64,000 nt of DNA from Euglena gracilis. Taxonomy: Eukaryota. Below the pieces are notes generated by a model. That model searched no databases, was not told the DNA's origin, and worked only from the letters and a program-made list of their open reading frames with translations. This document shows, one piece after another, positions 48,645 through 60,462 of this stretch (position 1 is its first letter; each line of letters starts with the position of its first letter). A program made the position numbers and the translations under genes. The stretch is from NCBI GenBank assembly GCA_039621445.1, contig CP154954.1, positions 33,457,455-33,521,454 of the forward strand. Reading direction: 5' to 3'.

Positions 48645-49631
48645 AAGTGCACGATGTGCACCAGGCGAGTGCAGGAGCTGCACCAGGAGAAAGAAAGTGT
48701 CATGCTCGTGGCCAGATTTTCAATGCCCACCCATGAGTGCACGATGTGCACCAGGCGAGTGCAGGAGCTGCACCAGGAGAAAGGAAATGGTTTGGTTTTT
48801 GTTTCCCACTACGTGGCCACAGTTTCATCACCTCAACATGAGTGCACGATGTGCACCAGGCGAGTGCAGGAGCTGCACCAGGAGAAAGGAAATGTCATGC
48901 CCGTGGCCAGATTTCCAATGCCCACCCATGAGTGCACGATGTGCACCAGGCGAGTGCAGGAGCTGTACCATGAGAAAGGAAATGGTTTGGTTTTTGTTTC
49001 CCACTACGTGGCCACAGTTTCATCACCTCAACATGAGTGCACGATGTGCACCAGGCGAGTGCACGATGTGCACCAGGCGAGTGCAGGAGCTGCACCAGGA
49101 GAAAGAAAGTGTCATGCCCGTGGCCAGATTTCCAATGCCCACCCATGAGTGCACGATGTGCACCAGGCGAGTGCAAGAGCTGCACCAGGAGAAAGAAAGT
49201 GTCATGCCCGTGGCCAGATTTCCAATGCCCACCCATGAGTGCACGGTGTGCACCAGGCGAGTGCAGCAGCTGCACCAGGAGAAAGAAAGTGTCATGCTCG
49301 TGGCCAGATTTCCAATGCCCACCCATGAGTGCACGATGTGCACCAGGCGAGTGCAGGAGCTGCACCAGGAGAAAGGAAATGGTTTGGTTTTTGTTTCCCA
49401 CTACGTGGCCACAGTTTCATCACCTCAACATGAGTGCACGATGTGCACCAGGCGAGTGCACGATGTGCACCAGGCGAGTGCAGGAGCTGCACCAGGAGAA
49501 AGAAAGTGTCATGCCCGTGGCCAGATTTCCAATGCCCACCCATGAGTGCACGATGTGCACCAGGCGAGTGCAGGAGCTGCACCAGGAGAAAGAAAGCGTC
49601 ATGCCCGTGGCCAGATTTCCAATGCCCACCC
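48645..49631. repeat. Higher-order tandem repeat (90- and 105-bp units)
   Basis: Ten copies of a ~49-bp core GAGTGCACGATGTGCACCAGGCGAGTGCAGGAGCTGCACCAGGAGAAAG, each followed by one of two alternative tails. Two units carry an extra 22-bp duplication. Confidence 0.95.
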
Positions 49632-51532
49632 AAGCAAAAGCAAAGAAAACATTGACAAAGAAAAGGTTCAGAACTTAAACTGGAGCTCAAAACGCCCCAT
49701 CTGACAGTATTTTGACTTCTCTGTAATTCTGGTACTGAATGTCAAGCCCAACCTACCACCAATAAATGCATCAGTGCAAACTTCATAAGAACAAGATTCG
49801 AAGCCCTTGGCGGTGTGCACTTATTAACAAAGTAATAAAAAAACACGACCGACATGATTTTCACCCATTTTCATCATTTCCCCCCTTTCTTGTGGTTTCA
49901 ATGACTGTCAAAATGCCCTCTGAAATCAAAAGCCATTTTGTGTCCCAGCACTGCAAAAATGACGAGCACCAGGGAGGAAGGTTTGGGTCCTCCAGGGGTG
50001 CGCGCTTATTTGGGGGGGGGGCAATTTCCCAGTCCCCCTCTGCGTCCAACAAGCACATAAATGACAAAAGTGGTGGTCCAAACAAGAGGAGCAAACATCG
50101 GACAAGAAGGGGTTCTGAACAAGCAAAATTCCACTTACAGTGACAAAAAGTTACCGTCCAAATAGGGGCGGGGGTTGCTGGACGAGGGTGTTTGTTGGAC
50201 ACACGCAGGGGGGGGAGGTAGGACGGTGTGCACCCGTGAGGAGTTATTACAGCTTTTAAAGATGCATGCATGGTGAAAGGAGGGTACCACTGAGCGGTGA
50301 TGCAGCAGCCTCTTGTTCACTGCGGTGGGTGGAATCTCGACGAATCAGTCGCTTCAGGCCCAGGCAGACCAGACTGCCCGTTTATCGTTTTTACAGGTTC
50401 CCGTCGAGTATGACAAACCATGAATAGAAATGACAGCACAACTTTCCTCAACTTTACACAGACACTCCATCGATGCAAACCCCTCAGAGGGAACGCTCCC
50501 CACCGCAGCCAGAAAGAGGCCGAGAAAACGATGGTGTCACTCTGGTTTGAATAGATCTCGGTTCTAAAAATGTTCGATAGGAATTGAGTTAGACGACTGC
50601 ATTTTCATCACCGTCTGGTTGTTATGTCCAAGCCTCAGCTGCAGGGAGGCGGTGGGGGGGGGGAAGAAACAAACACATCCATCCCCACATGGTCAGGTGG
50701 TTGGTCTACCCCACCTCATGCGGCCGGCAACACAGGCAGGCTGGGCCCCCTGGGGCAGAGGGCTGAGGGTGCCTTTGCGGGTGCTGGCGGCAGCCACGCC
50801 GCCGCCCCAACCCCCTCCACCCGACGGCGGTGCGGAGGAGGCCGGCGGTGGCGTTTCGGGATCTCCCCTTCGGTTGTGCCGATCTTCTGTTTTCGGAAAA
50901 AGGCGGCCGACACATCTTCTGCGGTCCACTTCTCCGCGTCTTAGGCTTCTGCCAGGGGCGGCGGGGTGGCTGGCCAGGGCCGGCCTCGGGGGGGTCTTGG
51001 GAGGCAGGCAGGTCCACCGCCGAGTTGCGACGGTCTGAGGCAGGCACAATGGCAAATGCCACAGCCATGCAGTGTAAGTGCCAAAGCCGGCAATGCAACT
51101 GCCGAATGGCACGCCACAGAGGACCCAAATTTGTCCCTGGGCGCCAGGGCATCGTAGCGTCGGGGTCGTCAAATGATGAAGAGGGTTGCAGCAAAAGAAA
51201 AAAGGAAAGCGTTGAAAGGCTTGCAACAGTGAATAGGGGATGGGAAACCACAGTTCGGTGGAATCATTTAGGTGTTCAAACCATGTAATTCAGCAACAAA
51301 CCAAAAGGGCAAAGCTAAACAAGTTGTCAATGAAAACCTTCCCACATCTTCAGCCAATGACCGACCAAAATCATTAAAAAAAGACGTGTTGTGTGTCTAT
51401 TTGTGCTTCTGGATGAGCTAAGACAGTTTTTGGAATCTGCCAACCTCAAATTGCTGACCTGATTTCCTTCATTTGCAAACAAGAGTTCACAGCTATCCAC
51501 TCGTTCACTCACTATCATGCATGCAGGCACTC

Positions 51533-51663
<131 letters not shown>

Positions 51664-51684
51664 AAGCTACACACCATGCCCCAC

Positions 51685-51757
51685 CAAGTTGCTTGCTTTT
51701 GACTTCAAGCTGCTGCTGAGTCTCCGCATTGAGCAGCTTCACTCGGACGGTGAGGTC
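51685..51757 (-). CDS. Isolated putative exon of an unresolved gene (roughly 42-54 kb)
   Basis: CAG acceptor and GT donor flank DLTVRVKLLNAETQQQLEVKSKQL. Other GC-rich patches at 50760-51200 and 53590-53760 may belong to the same gene but I could not assemble them. Confidence 0.35.
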
Positions 51758-52077
51758 CTGTGTGCAGGCATATGGATCAGATTTGCGCTTGAACACAATG
51801 CATTTGCATCATTGTTTGTTTGTTGGGCTTGAAAAAAACAACAGACAAGAGGCGAAACAGCAAGTTCTACAAGTTCCTGGGTTCATTTTCATGGAAATAT
51901 TGTGGGTGCCGCAATGCCTCAGCAGTTCGGACACACCGTTGGTGCCAGGGCGTCGCTTGGCGACCCCTTGGGGGAGGGGTCCAGCTCGGGGAATTCAGGC
52001 TTGCTGGAAAAAGGCTGCCGGCTGACCACCCCTCTGGGTCCACTGGCTGGGCCTTGGCCTTGACTGGGGGTTGAGAA

Positions 52078-52387
52078 CATGCTTGTGCTTACCAAATGGG
52101 GGGGGGAGGGGGGGGTGGGTGCTATAGGGTGCCTGCCCCTAGCAGGCACACCCCCCCCCCCCGGGGGGGATAGGGGTCCAGGCCGGACTGAGAAAATTTT
52201 CATTGAAAATGGCCGTTTCCGGGCCCCCGGCGCCTTTGGCGCCGGGGTCGGAGGGGGGTGCCTGCTAGGGGCAGGCACCCCCCAAAACCCTATCCCCCCG
52301 GGGGGGGGGTCGGATCGGGTGCTATGGGGTGCCTGCCCCTAGCACCCCCCCCCCTGTGGGGTAGGCACCCGACTAAGCACAAGCCTG
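52078..52387. mobile_element. hAT-like MITE, perfect 8-bp TSD
   Basis: gttgagaa|CATGCTTGTGCTTA...TAAGCACAAGCCTG|gttgagaa. A truncated inverted copy lies at 31589-~31720. Confidence 0.88.
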
Positions 52388-54193
52388 GTTGAGAACCTGG
52401 TGTACACCCCCCTAAATAACCTGGCGGGGTGCCAGCTTATTGGAACCAACTTTTGGTCCTGCCCCCCCCTGCCAGGTTATTTGGGCCCTTTTTTTCAGCG
52501 TTGTAAAAGAATTTTGCCCAAAAAGGGAGTGCCAAATTACTGAAACCATCTTTTTTGCCCCTTCCCCCGCCAAATTACTCGGCCACTGCCAGGAGCAAGG
52601 GCCCCGCCAGGTTATTTGGGGGGGCGGGTTTTAAAAAAAAAATCGAAAAATGTAAAAATGCCAAAAAAAGACTGCCAATGATGTAAAAACGTTCCTTAAA
52701 ACATAATTTGACACAGACGGAGAGTCCATTTCCCACCCATTTTTGCCCTTTTGCCAAATTTCTGCACCGGAAGCAAAAAAAATACTGTTACCGTTGCTCT
52801 TCAGCTGGACACAAATCAAAACTTGTCGATGGGGAGGGGATCCGAGGGTGGAAAAAATAAAACAGATGATATTTCAATTCTCTCTTTTTTGGCGTGTTGT
52901 TAAACAACAGACATGTGGAGGTGCAAGCCATTGTTGGGTCGCCAACTGAAGGGTTGTGGTGGATTCAAGATGCATGGAGCACAACCGTGAATACCTGGAT
53001 TTGGCACTTTCATCACACTTTATTGGGTTCTTAGGTGAAATTGGGGTCAGGTTTTAATCAACTGTTTTGAGAACTGAAAGAAATGCTAAATTTAGGCTAA
53101 AATTAGTAGAAAACACCTCGCAAACCCGATTCCAAACATAACCCCACCTCTCTTGAACCCTGCTCCAAATCCGACCAGAACCCTCACTCCCATCCTGAAC
53201 ATCAAACAAACTGCGGAACATCACCCAAAGTCAGAACTATCCTAATCGGACCCATATAGAGCAGAGAGCCCACTACCTCCCTCGCCATATGAGTGATCCC
53301 CTAGAAAGAACAGGCGCATGAGCCTCCCCCAGAAACCCACCTTGGTTTTTCATTTCGGTAGGTTGGTCAGCGGAAGGGATGTGAAAAGTCAGGGATTGCT
53401 CATCAGACCAGGGAGCAATCTGATGAGCAACATATGCATGATCGTACGAAATTGTGTGAAAAACTGATCCTTTCATTTTCCCATTGCTTTTCACTTTTAA
53501 AAACCATCAACAACTCCTTGGGTGCTGCTATTATTTATTGCAATTTGTTGTGGGTCAGGTTCCAACAACGGTACCATAAGGTGTTGTATCGCGTCGCGGA
53601 GCGCACCTCGTGTGATATCCCGCTTGCTCGCTCAGCCACACAACGTCAAGCCGACAACGTCCGCAGCATAATGTGGCAGAAGGCGAACTGCTGGGAAGCG
53701 GTCCAAGTTGCAAAATACAGAGCGGCTTCAACTCCTTCAAACGTCCATCATCCTCACATGACCCTTTTGTGCATTGCATTTCTCAAAGCAGCAACCTGGT
53801 CCCAATGTACGTTAGGGCTGAAAAATCTATCAAACTGTCCTTTCCAAGAAAATGGTACAATCCATCAATCCGAAAATCTCTTTGTCCTCCTCTGCCAGGC
53901 AGAAATCGACCCACCTGGGAGAGGTTGATGAGGCAGCCTTTAACTACTACTCCTTCGGTGATTTCCGTTATTTTTAGGGGCAGGGTCAGGGTTGCGGTTC
54001 GTTCAGAAGGGGATTAGGGTTGGGTTAGGCCAGAGTTCGGCAGTTGGGCCGAAATCGGGCCTAAATTCTGGCCTGAATTTGGTCTAATTTTAGCCTAAAT
54101 CTGGGTTAAACGACCTAAACCCAACCCTAACCCCATTCCCAAACCCTAACCCTAACCCTATCAATTCAATTAACCCAAACCTTCACCTTGGAC

Positions 54194-55210
54194 AGTGCCA
54201 AACGGTAGACTGGGGGGGGGGGGTAGTGGGTAGTCGGCCGACTACCCAATTGGTCGGCCAACAAGTCGGCCGACCAATTGGTCGGTAGCTAGTCGGTACA
54301 TTAGCTTACTCTAATGTACTAACGGGTCAAAACCGCCGACTTTTAAGCCCCCCCCCCCCGGGAAAAAAACTTTTGTCTAAATCACCTCAACACCAGTCAA
54401 AACCCACCCAAATGGCTCCAGAACCCCCCAATTGGGGGGGGGGGAATATGCAAAAAAATTGGGGGGATGTCCATTTTGGGCCACTTTTGACAAAAGAACA
54501 CCTCTCCCCATTGGATTTTCAATATAAGTCAAAATTTGCACAAAAAGGACTTATCCCTCCAAATCTATTGCCAACATAGAAGGGATTTTGTTATTTGATG
54601 GGGGGGGTGCGGGGGGGGGGGGCGGAGCCCCCCCCCCCCCGCCTATGCCAAAGTGAGCCACAAAAACGACTATGTCGCCAACACAGAAGGGATTTTGTTA
54701 TTTGAGGCTCTGATGGGGGTGTATGGGGGGGGTTTCTGCCTCTCGTGATGCAGAATGCTTGCATTTCTAAAGGATTTTCATGTAATCCTTGTTTTATCAT
54801 TGGTTTTTCACCCTTCGAGACACCCATCAAGGGCCCACCGACCCCCACCGACCAAAGATTTCCATCTGGGGGTGTTTATTTAGGTGTAAGGCACTTATTT
54901 GGACCCATCCGGACCATTTCCGGGTGATTTGGGCCCGCCACAGACCATTTTTATGACCACCGACTAGCCACCGACTAGTTTGCATTGGATTTTCTTCATG
55001 GGGGGGGCTTAAAAGTCGGTGGTTTGGACCCGTTAGTACATTAGAGTGGGTAGTCGGCCGACTAGTCCGCCGACTACCCACTCTAATGTACCGACTAGCT
55101 ACCGACCATTTGGTCGGCCGACTAGTCGGCCGACCAATTGGGTAGTCGGCCGACTAGTCGGTCGACTACCCACTACCCACTACCCCCCCCCCCAGTCTAC
55201 CGCCATGCGC
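54194..55210. mobile_element. Long-TIR element (possibly Mutator-like)
   Basis: About 150-200 bp imperfect TIRs (CGGTAGACTGGGG..GTAGTGGGTAGTCGGCCGACT) rich in GTCGGCCGAC palindromes. Flanked by direct repeat CACCTTGGAC at 54184 and 55211. Confidence 0.6.
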
Positions 55211-55801
55211 CACCTTGGACCAAGAGTAGGCCTGCTGCACCAGACATTTCTCATGGGCACCTCCAGTGGGGAGCGCGAAAACCCAGGGAAATGAAGAGAC
55301 CAAGTCATCTTCTCAAACGCATGGGGCGCATGGGGGGGGACCGAATCCCCCCGTTTGGTCCTCTCCGGGGGGGGGGGCAGCCGTCAAAACCTCCATCAGA
55401 CATCCATCCTTCTCCAATCTAGCAATTCAAGTCATTAAATATGTTCCCATGTCCTAATTAATATTGCAATCTCTCAGAGGGCGGTACCCAAAAATGTGGC
55501 AGCACGACAGAGACAAAAACTAAACCTGGGCGTGGCTCAAAATGGCGATATTCCTCCCCATTTGACGCTTGCAGCCCTGTCACCCACACATGTGTGCACG
55601 TGCACAGGAGCACGACAGGGGTTGGAGAGATGGAAGAGGCGTGGTGCATAAACTACGCCAGGATGATATCCCAACGCTCTGGTGTTAGGGTGTTAGAGTC
55701 AGGGTGGGAGGGACTGTGCGGGAGGGAATGTGGGAGGTTGAGGTGGGTTAGCTGCCCCAGGAGGTAGTGGAGTGGGCGTTCAGTCCGCCGCACCTTCTTC
55801 C

Positions 55802-57507
55802 TCAGGCAGAGGTTTCTGGTTTGTGCTTCTTCTGCTTGCGCTCTTTCTCCTTCTCCTTCTGTTGGACAGCTTCGGCAGCAACCTGATCTGTGTCCACCAT
55901 AAGCGGGGCTGGGCCTTCCCACCCCCAACAAAATACAAAAAGCGATGTTCACAAATAACCTCAGCAGTGGTTTTTTGGAACCTTGGGGGCCGGCCCGGAT
56001 GCCGATTTTCCCGCTCTGCCGGTGACAGTTGCGGTCTGCCAGTGACGCAGTTGGTGGCTGGTGGGTGGATGTTTCAACGGTTGGATGCAACTTGGGCGGG
56101 AAACAAAGGACATGCATGGTTGTGAGTATGAGTCGATCAGCTCTGGAACGTCCCGGAGGTTTTGTGCATGTTGCCACACCACCCCCACCGCATCAGAGGC
56201 CCCAGCTCAGCCCCGCCCATCTCCCGGGGCCGCTTCGCCTTGGCCTTGGTCCGGGGCGGGGCCGGCTCCCCCACGTCGGCGGCGTAGCCGTCCTCCGCCT
56301 CCGCGGGCCCCTCCTCCCCCTCCGCCGCCTCCGCCGCCAGGCGGGCGCGTTTCGCGGCCTTCTCCGCCTTGAGCTGGTCCAGCTTGGCCTGCAGCTCATC
56401 CCACGTCGCGGGGTCGGGGGTCAGGGGCCGGGGGGAGGGCACGACACATGCAAACCTCAAACGTCGCTTCTGACGACTTGTTTCAGGGGTTGCAAATGGG
56501 CAGACCGCTACTGAAATACTTGAAACAGAGATCCTTTGTCGGTGCAGTTCAACCGACAGGAGCGGGGTCCCATTTGGGGCAACTTAATGCTCTATCCATC
56601 TTGAACCACCTTGGTGGGGGGAATTTTCAGGACGTTTGTGTAAATCTCAAGGGTGGGTCTTGGTGGGTATTGGGGGGGGGGGAGGGGCGGGAGGCGGCCC
56701 GCCACACCAACGCCCCCTGGCTGATGCCGGAGGCCTTCTTGTACTTCTTGCTGCCGACCTTCCACTTGTAGTCCACCTGACCCAGCCGCTTCAGCCGCTG
56801 TTCCACGATGCGCCGGTCCCCGTCAGGCTTCTTTATTTGCCAACCCAGGGCGGGAGGGGGGGCTGTACGGGAATCCCCTTTACCCATGGGTGGGGTGGGT
56901 GGGGGTCGACCCCTGTCTGCCCCCTGCCTGCCCACAGCATCCCCGGGGGGTTCAACCTTTTCATTAGAAAGAAGCCTGGACCCGATCCCGTTCCGCCTTT
57001 GTGCGGTGTGCTGCGAGGTACCGCATCGGGGCGATGGAGTCCAGCGTGGCATCCGGCAGCACCGCGTTGGGGACCCGGCCGGACCTCCCCACCGGCCGGG
57101 TGGGAAATCCACTCCTTGTGCGGATGTGTATGTGTGTGCATCTATGGGGGGGGGGGTTGTTTGGGAGATACACTGTTCAGTCAACACATTTGGCTAAAAT
57201 TAGGTTGAAATTTGGTCAAAAATGACAAAGAGAGCCTAACTTTCAGCCTAAATACAAACCACCTTATCCTAATCCCATCTTGAACACAATAAATGGCAGA
57301 AGGCGCACAATCACGGTCAGCAAGAAAATTGCCCGAACCCACCCGCACGTTGCACCACCGGGGCCTCTGGGGGGGGGGATATGTGAGGATGGATGGATGG
57401 ATGGATGGGTGGGATTGGATGGCTGGCTGGCTGGCTGGCTGGAACAACACATGGACTGACGGGCGGACGGACGGAGAGATGGATTGATGGATCTGTGGAC
57501 ATACGGA

Positions 57508-57596
<89 letters not shown>

Positions 57597-60412
57597 GTCA
57601 GTGGTGTCCAGCCCCTCGAAGCGGATGGGGTCGATGTTGAGAGCATGCGCCGCCCTCGCCGTGTGTGTGGCCCCAGGTGTGGGGAGGTTGAGCAGCGGCT
57701 GACTGGGAGACCGTCACTCCGACTAAAACAACCGAGTGAGTTGACGACCCAGTGGTTCAAATACAGCCGCACCAGTCCCAGGGCGAGGCATGGCCGCGGT
57801 ACTTGAAGCGGCACTTCACGGTGCCGCCCGCAATGACATCCTCGTACCCCAGCTCGTCTATCTCCTTCTGGGTGTACTGTACCTCTGGCAGGACTGGGGG
57901 GGTTTGGCGCAAATTGTATCCATCCTCAAAGAGGAAGACCGTGTGTGAGGGCCGCTGAGAGCTTTTTTTTTTTAAGTTCCCCTCTCGGCCATGAATGCTG
58001 GTGTGGGAGAAAATATCCAGTTCAACTTCTACAAAGAAGAAAGGAAGGGAAAATTCCAAGGAAACCGCCCAATATAAAACCCCCAAACCATGTGCGGGGA
58101 CGTTTGATTTTTGCATGCGGGTCTTGAAATCCTGCTCAAAGCTGGGGGTCTTCACATGGGAGGGGTCAGAAACCAGAATAAACCCACATTTTGCGTTACC
58201 CAAGGCGAGCTGACGTCGACAGGCATCCACCATTTGCTAAAATCGTCAAAAGAGACCTTCAAACAGGTCCAGTGGGGCCCCGGCGACTGCAATCCGGCCA
58301 GCCCCTCCCCCCCCCCCCCCGCCCTGGCCTCCTCCTCCAGCTGCCGCTGCAGCGTCTCCTTGCTCACCGTGCGCCGCCGCCGCCGCCCCGCATCGTCCCC
58401 GTCGCTGTCGCTGTCGGAGTCCTGCGGCCCGGCCGGCGCCTTTCCGCCCCCGCCGCCGCTGCTGGGGCCAGGGTGGCGGCCCGGAGGGGCCACAGTGGGC
58501 AGAGGCGGGACCATCACCGCCGGACATCCAGTCCCGATGGGAACTCACGGGAGGTTGGTTTATGGGAGGCAGGTGCCGCGGCCGGCCGCGACCCAACCAA
58601 CAACCACTCCACCTCCCGTGATCTACCACCCTTGTGCCGCGAAATGCCCTTTCCTCGTGCGTTCCTGTGCTCAGTTGGGGGGTCCAAACCTTCTGGTCTA
58701 AGGCAGGGCGGTCCCAGACTTGGCGAATTTGGTTTGGTAAACACGCATTGGAGAAAATTCTGCGCTTTGGTAGGGGACGGTTGGCACAACATGGTAACAC
58801 TTTTGAAAATGGACGTGATTTGGCAGCCGTTCCCACGCACATCCTTCCTTCAGCATCCAACAAACCTTTGCTCTGGCCAACGCTGGCCCATCAGCCTGCG
58901 TGCTTGCGGCCTCCATGGCCGTCGGGGTCTCGCTGAACACAGATGCCACGAGCTGGCGCTTCTCCCACGACGCATCCGTGCCGAGCAGTTTGCGGAGCTC
59001 CGGCTGCTCTGCCCAGTCCTCGGCCTCCGGGTGGAAATTCCTGCCAGGGTGCCGCCAGGACAGGAGTCAGCATGCGTCTGAAGTGTTCAGCACGCAGCAG
59101 ACAACCTTGTCTGTCCTCTGATTGGGGGGGTGATCGCTGCAGAGGGATACTCGGCTTCCCTGAAACACGAAAAACCCTCCTGAAAGGGGTTCTCTGGTCA
59201 GGGAGGGGATGATCGCTTGACAGGGTGGTCGTTTGATATGAGGGTGACATGTCTGTGCGCAATTTTGTGTGTAAACCCCCCAAATAGTATTGCACCCGCA
59301 GTTCTATTGGACGGCCGCCTCCCGCGGTGGGGGGTGCAGCACTATTTGGACCCGCAGCACTATTGGACTGGGTGCCTCTTAGTCCCGACCTATCACCACA
59401 GGCACCCTATTTGTCTGCTCAATGTCCTTGTCTGAGGCTGGTGAGGTTGTGTGGTTCATCTTCGGACCTCTTCTGTGAGTTGTTCGGGTGGGAATTTGCC
59501 CCCTTTCCCCTCTCTGCGGATTAAAAAAGGTGCTGCAGTGGGCTGCACCAGCTTCTACGCATTTCACATTGCTGTGATTTGGGGGGGTGCAGCACTATTG
59601 GACGCTCGCTTCATCCGGCGGGGGGTGCAGCACTATTTGGACCTGCAGCTCTATTGGCCCCGCAGCACTATTACCCGCCCCCCCCCCTTGTCATATAACA
59701 GGGTTCCTGCAACCTGTGACCGGGGGGGGGGGGGTCGTAACACCTCCATAACCTGCAACCTGTGACCGGGGGGTGGTCCTAAATGAGGGGTGGTCATACG
59801 ACTGGGGGGGGGGTAGGGGGGTTATGACTTCGGGGTGTCTATGTTCCCCCGAAAAAGGAAATGACCTGGACGGGTGCCAAATGACTGGAACCATCGTTTT
59901 CGCCCATGCAGCCTCTGGGCCCCTGCTCGGCCCTCAGCGGGGCCCTGCACGGTGTCCGCCTCCTCGTAATAGTCGTCGTTGAACACCTGTGACATGAGCT
60001 GGTCGTACTCCTCCAGGGAGGCGTGGCGGATCTTGTGCAGGAGGTCCGCCGAGAAGCGGTCCTTGCGGGCGAGACCCACTCTGTGCCGGGGCGACCCATC
60101 GCTTGGCTCGGGGTCCGGCTCCTCCGCCAGTGCACCGCAGCCAGGCTTAAGGGATTGCAGTACCCCCCCCGGGGGGGCTGGACTGCAGCTAGTCCAAATT
60201 TGGCTAGTGGGTTTTCTAGCAGACCCCCCCCCCGGGGGGGTCTGCTAGCAGGGCTAGCTAGTGGAATTTTTTTTTCCAGTGACCGGCGCGAAGCACCGAA
60301 AATTTTTTTTGGGACCCCAAAAATGGCCAAAAATGCCCGTTTTTGGCCATTTTGAGAATTTTTGGAACAAAATCAGCCAAAAACCTGATTTTTGGAACAA
60401 AAGCGCAACATT

Positions 60413-60462
<50 letters not shown>

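Noticed and set aside
48645-49631. CRISPR array (palindromic repeat plus spacers)
   Set aside because: The 'spacers' are only two recurring sequences, no cas genes are present, and the context is eukaryotic.
48379-49678. Cys-rich ORFs of 388 and 213 aa as metallothionein-like proteins
   Set aside because: They arise from the tandem repeat, shift frame at the 22-bp duplications, and lack the exon composition of the real genes.
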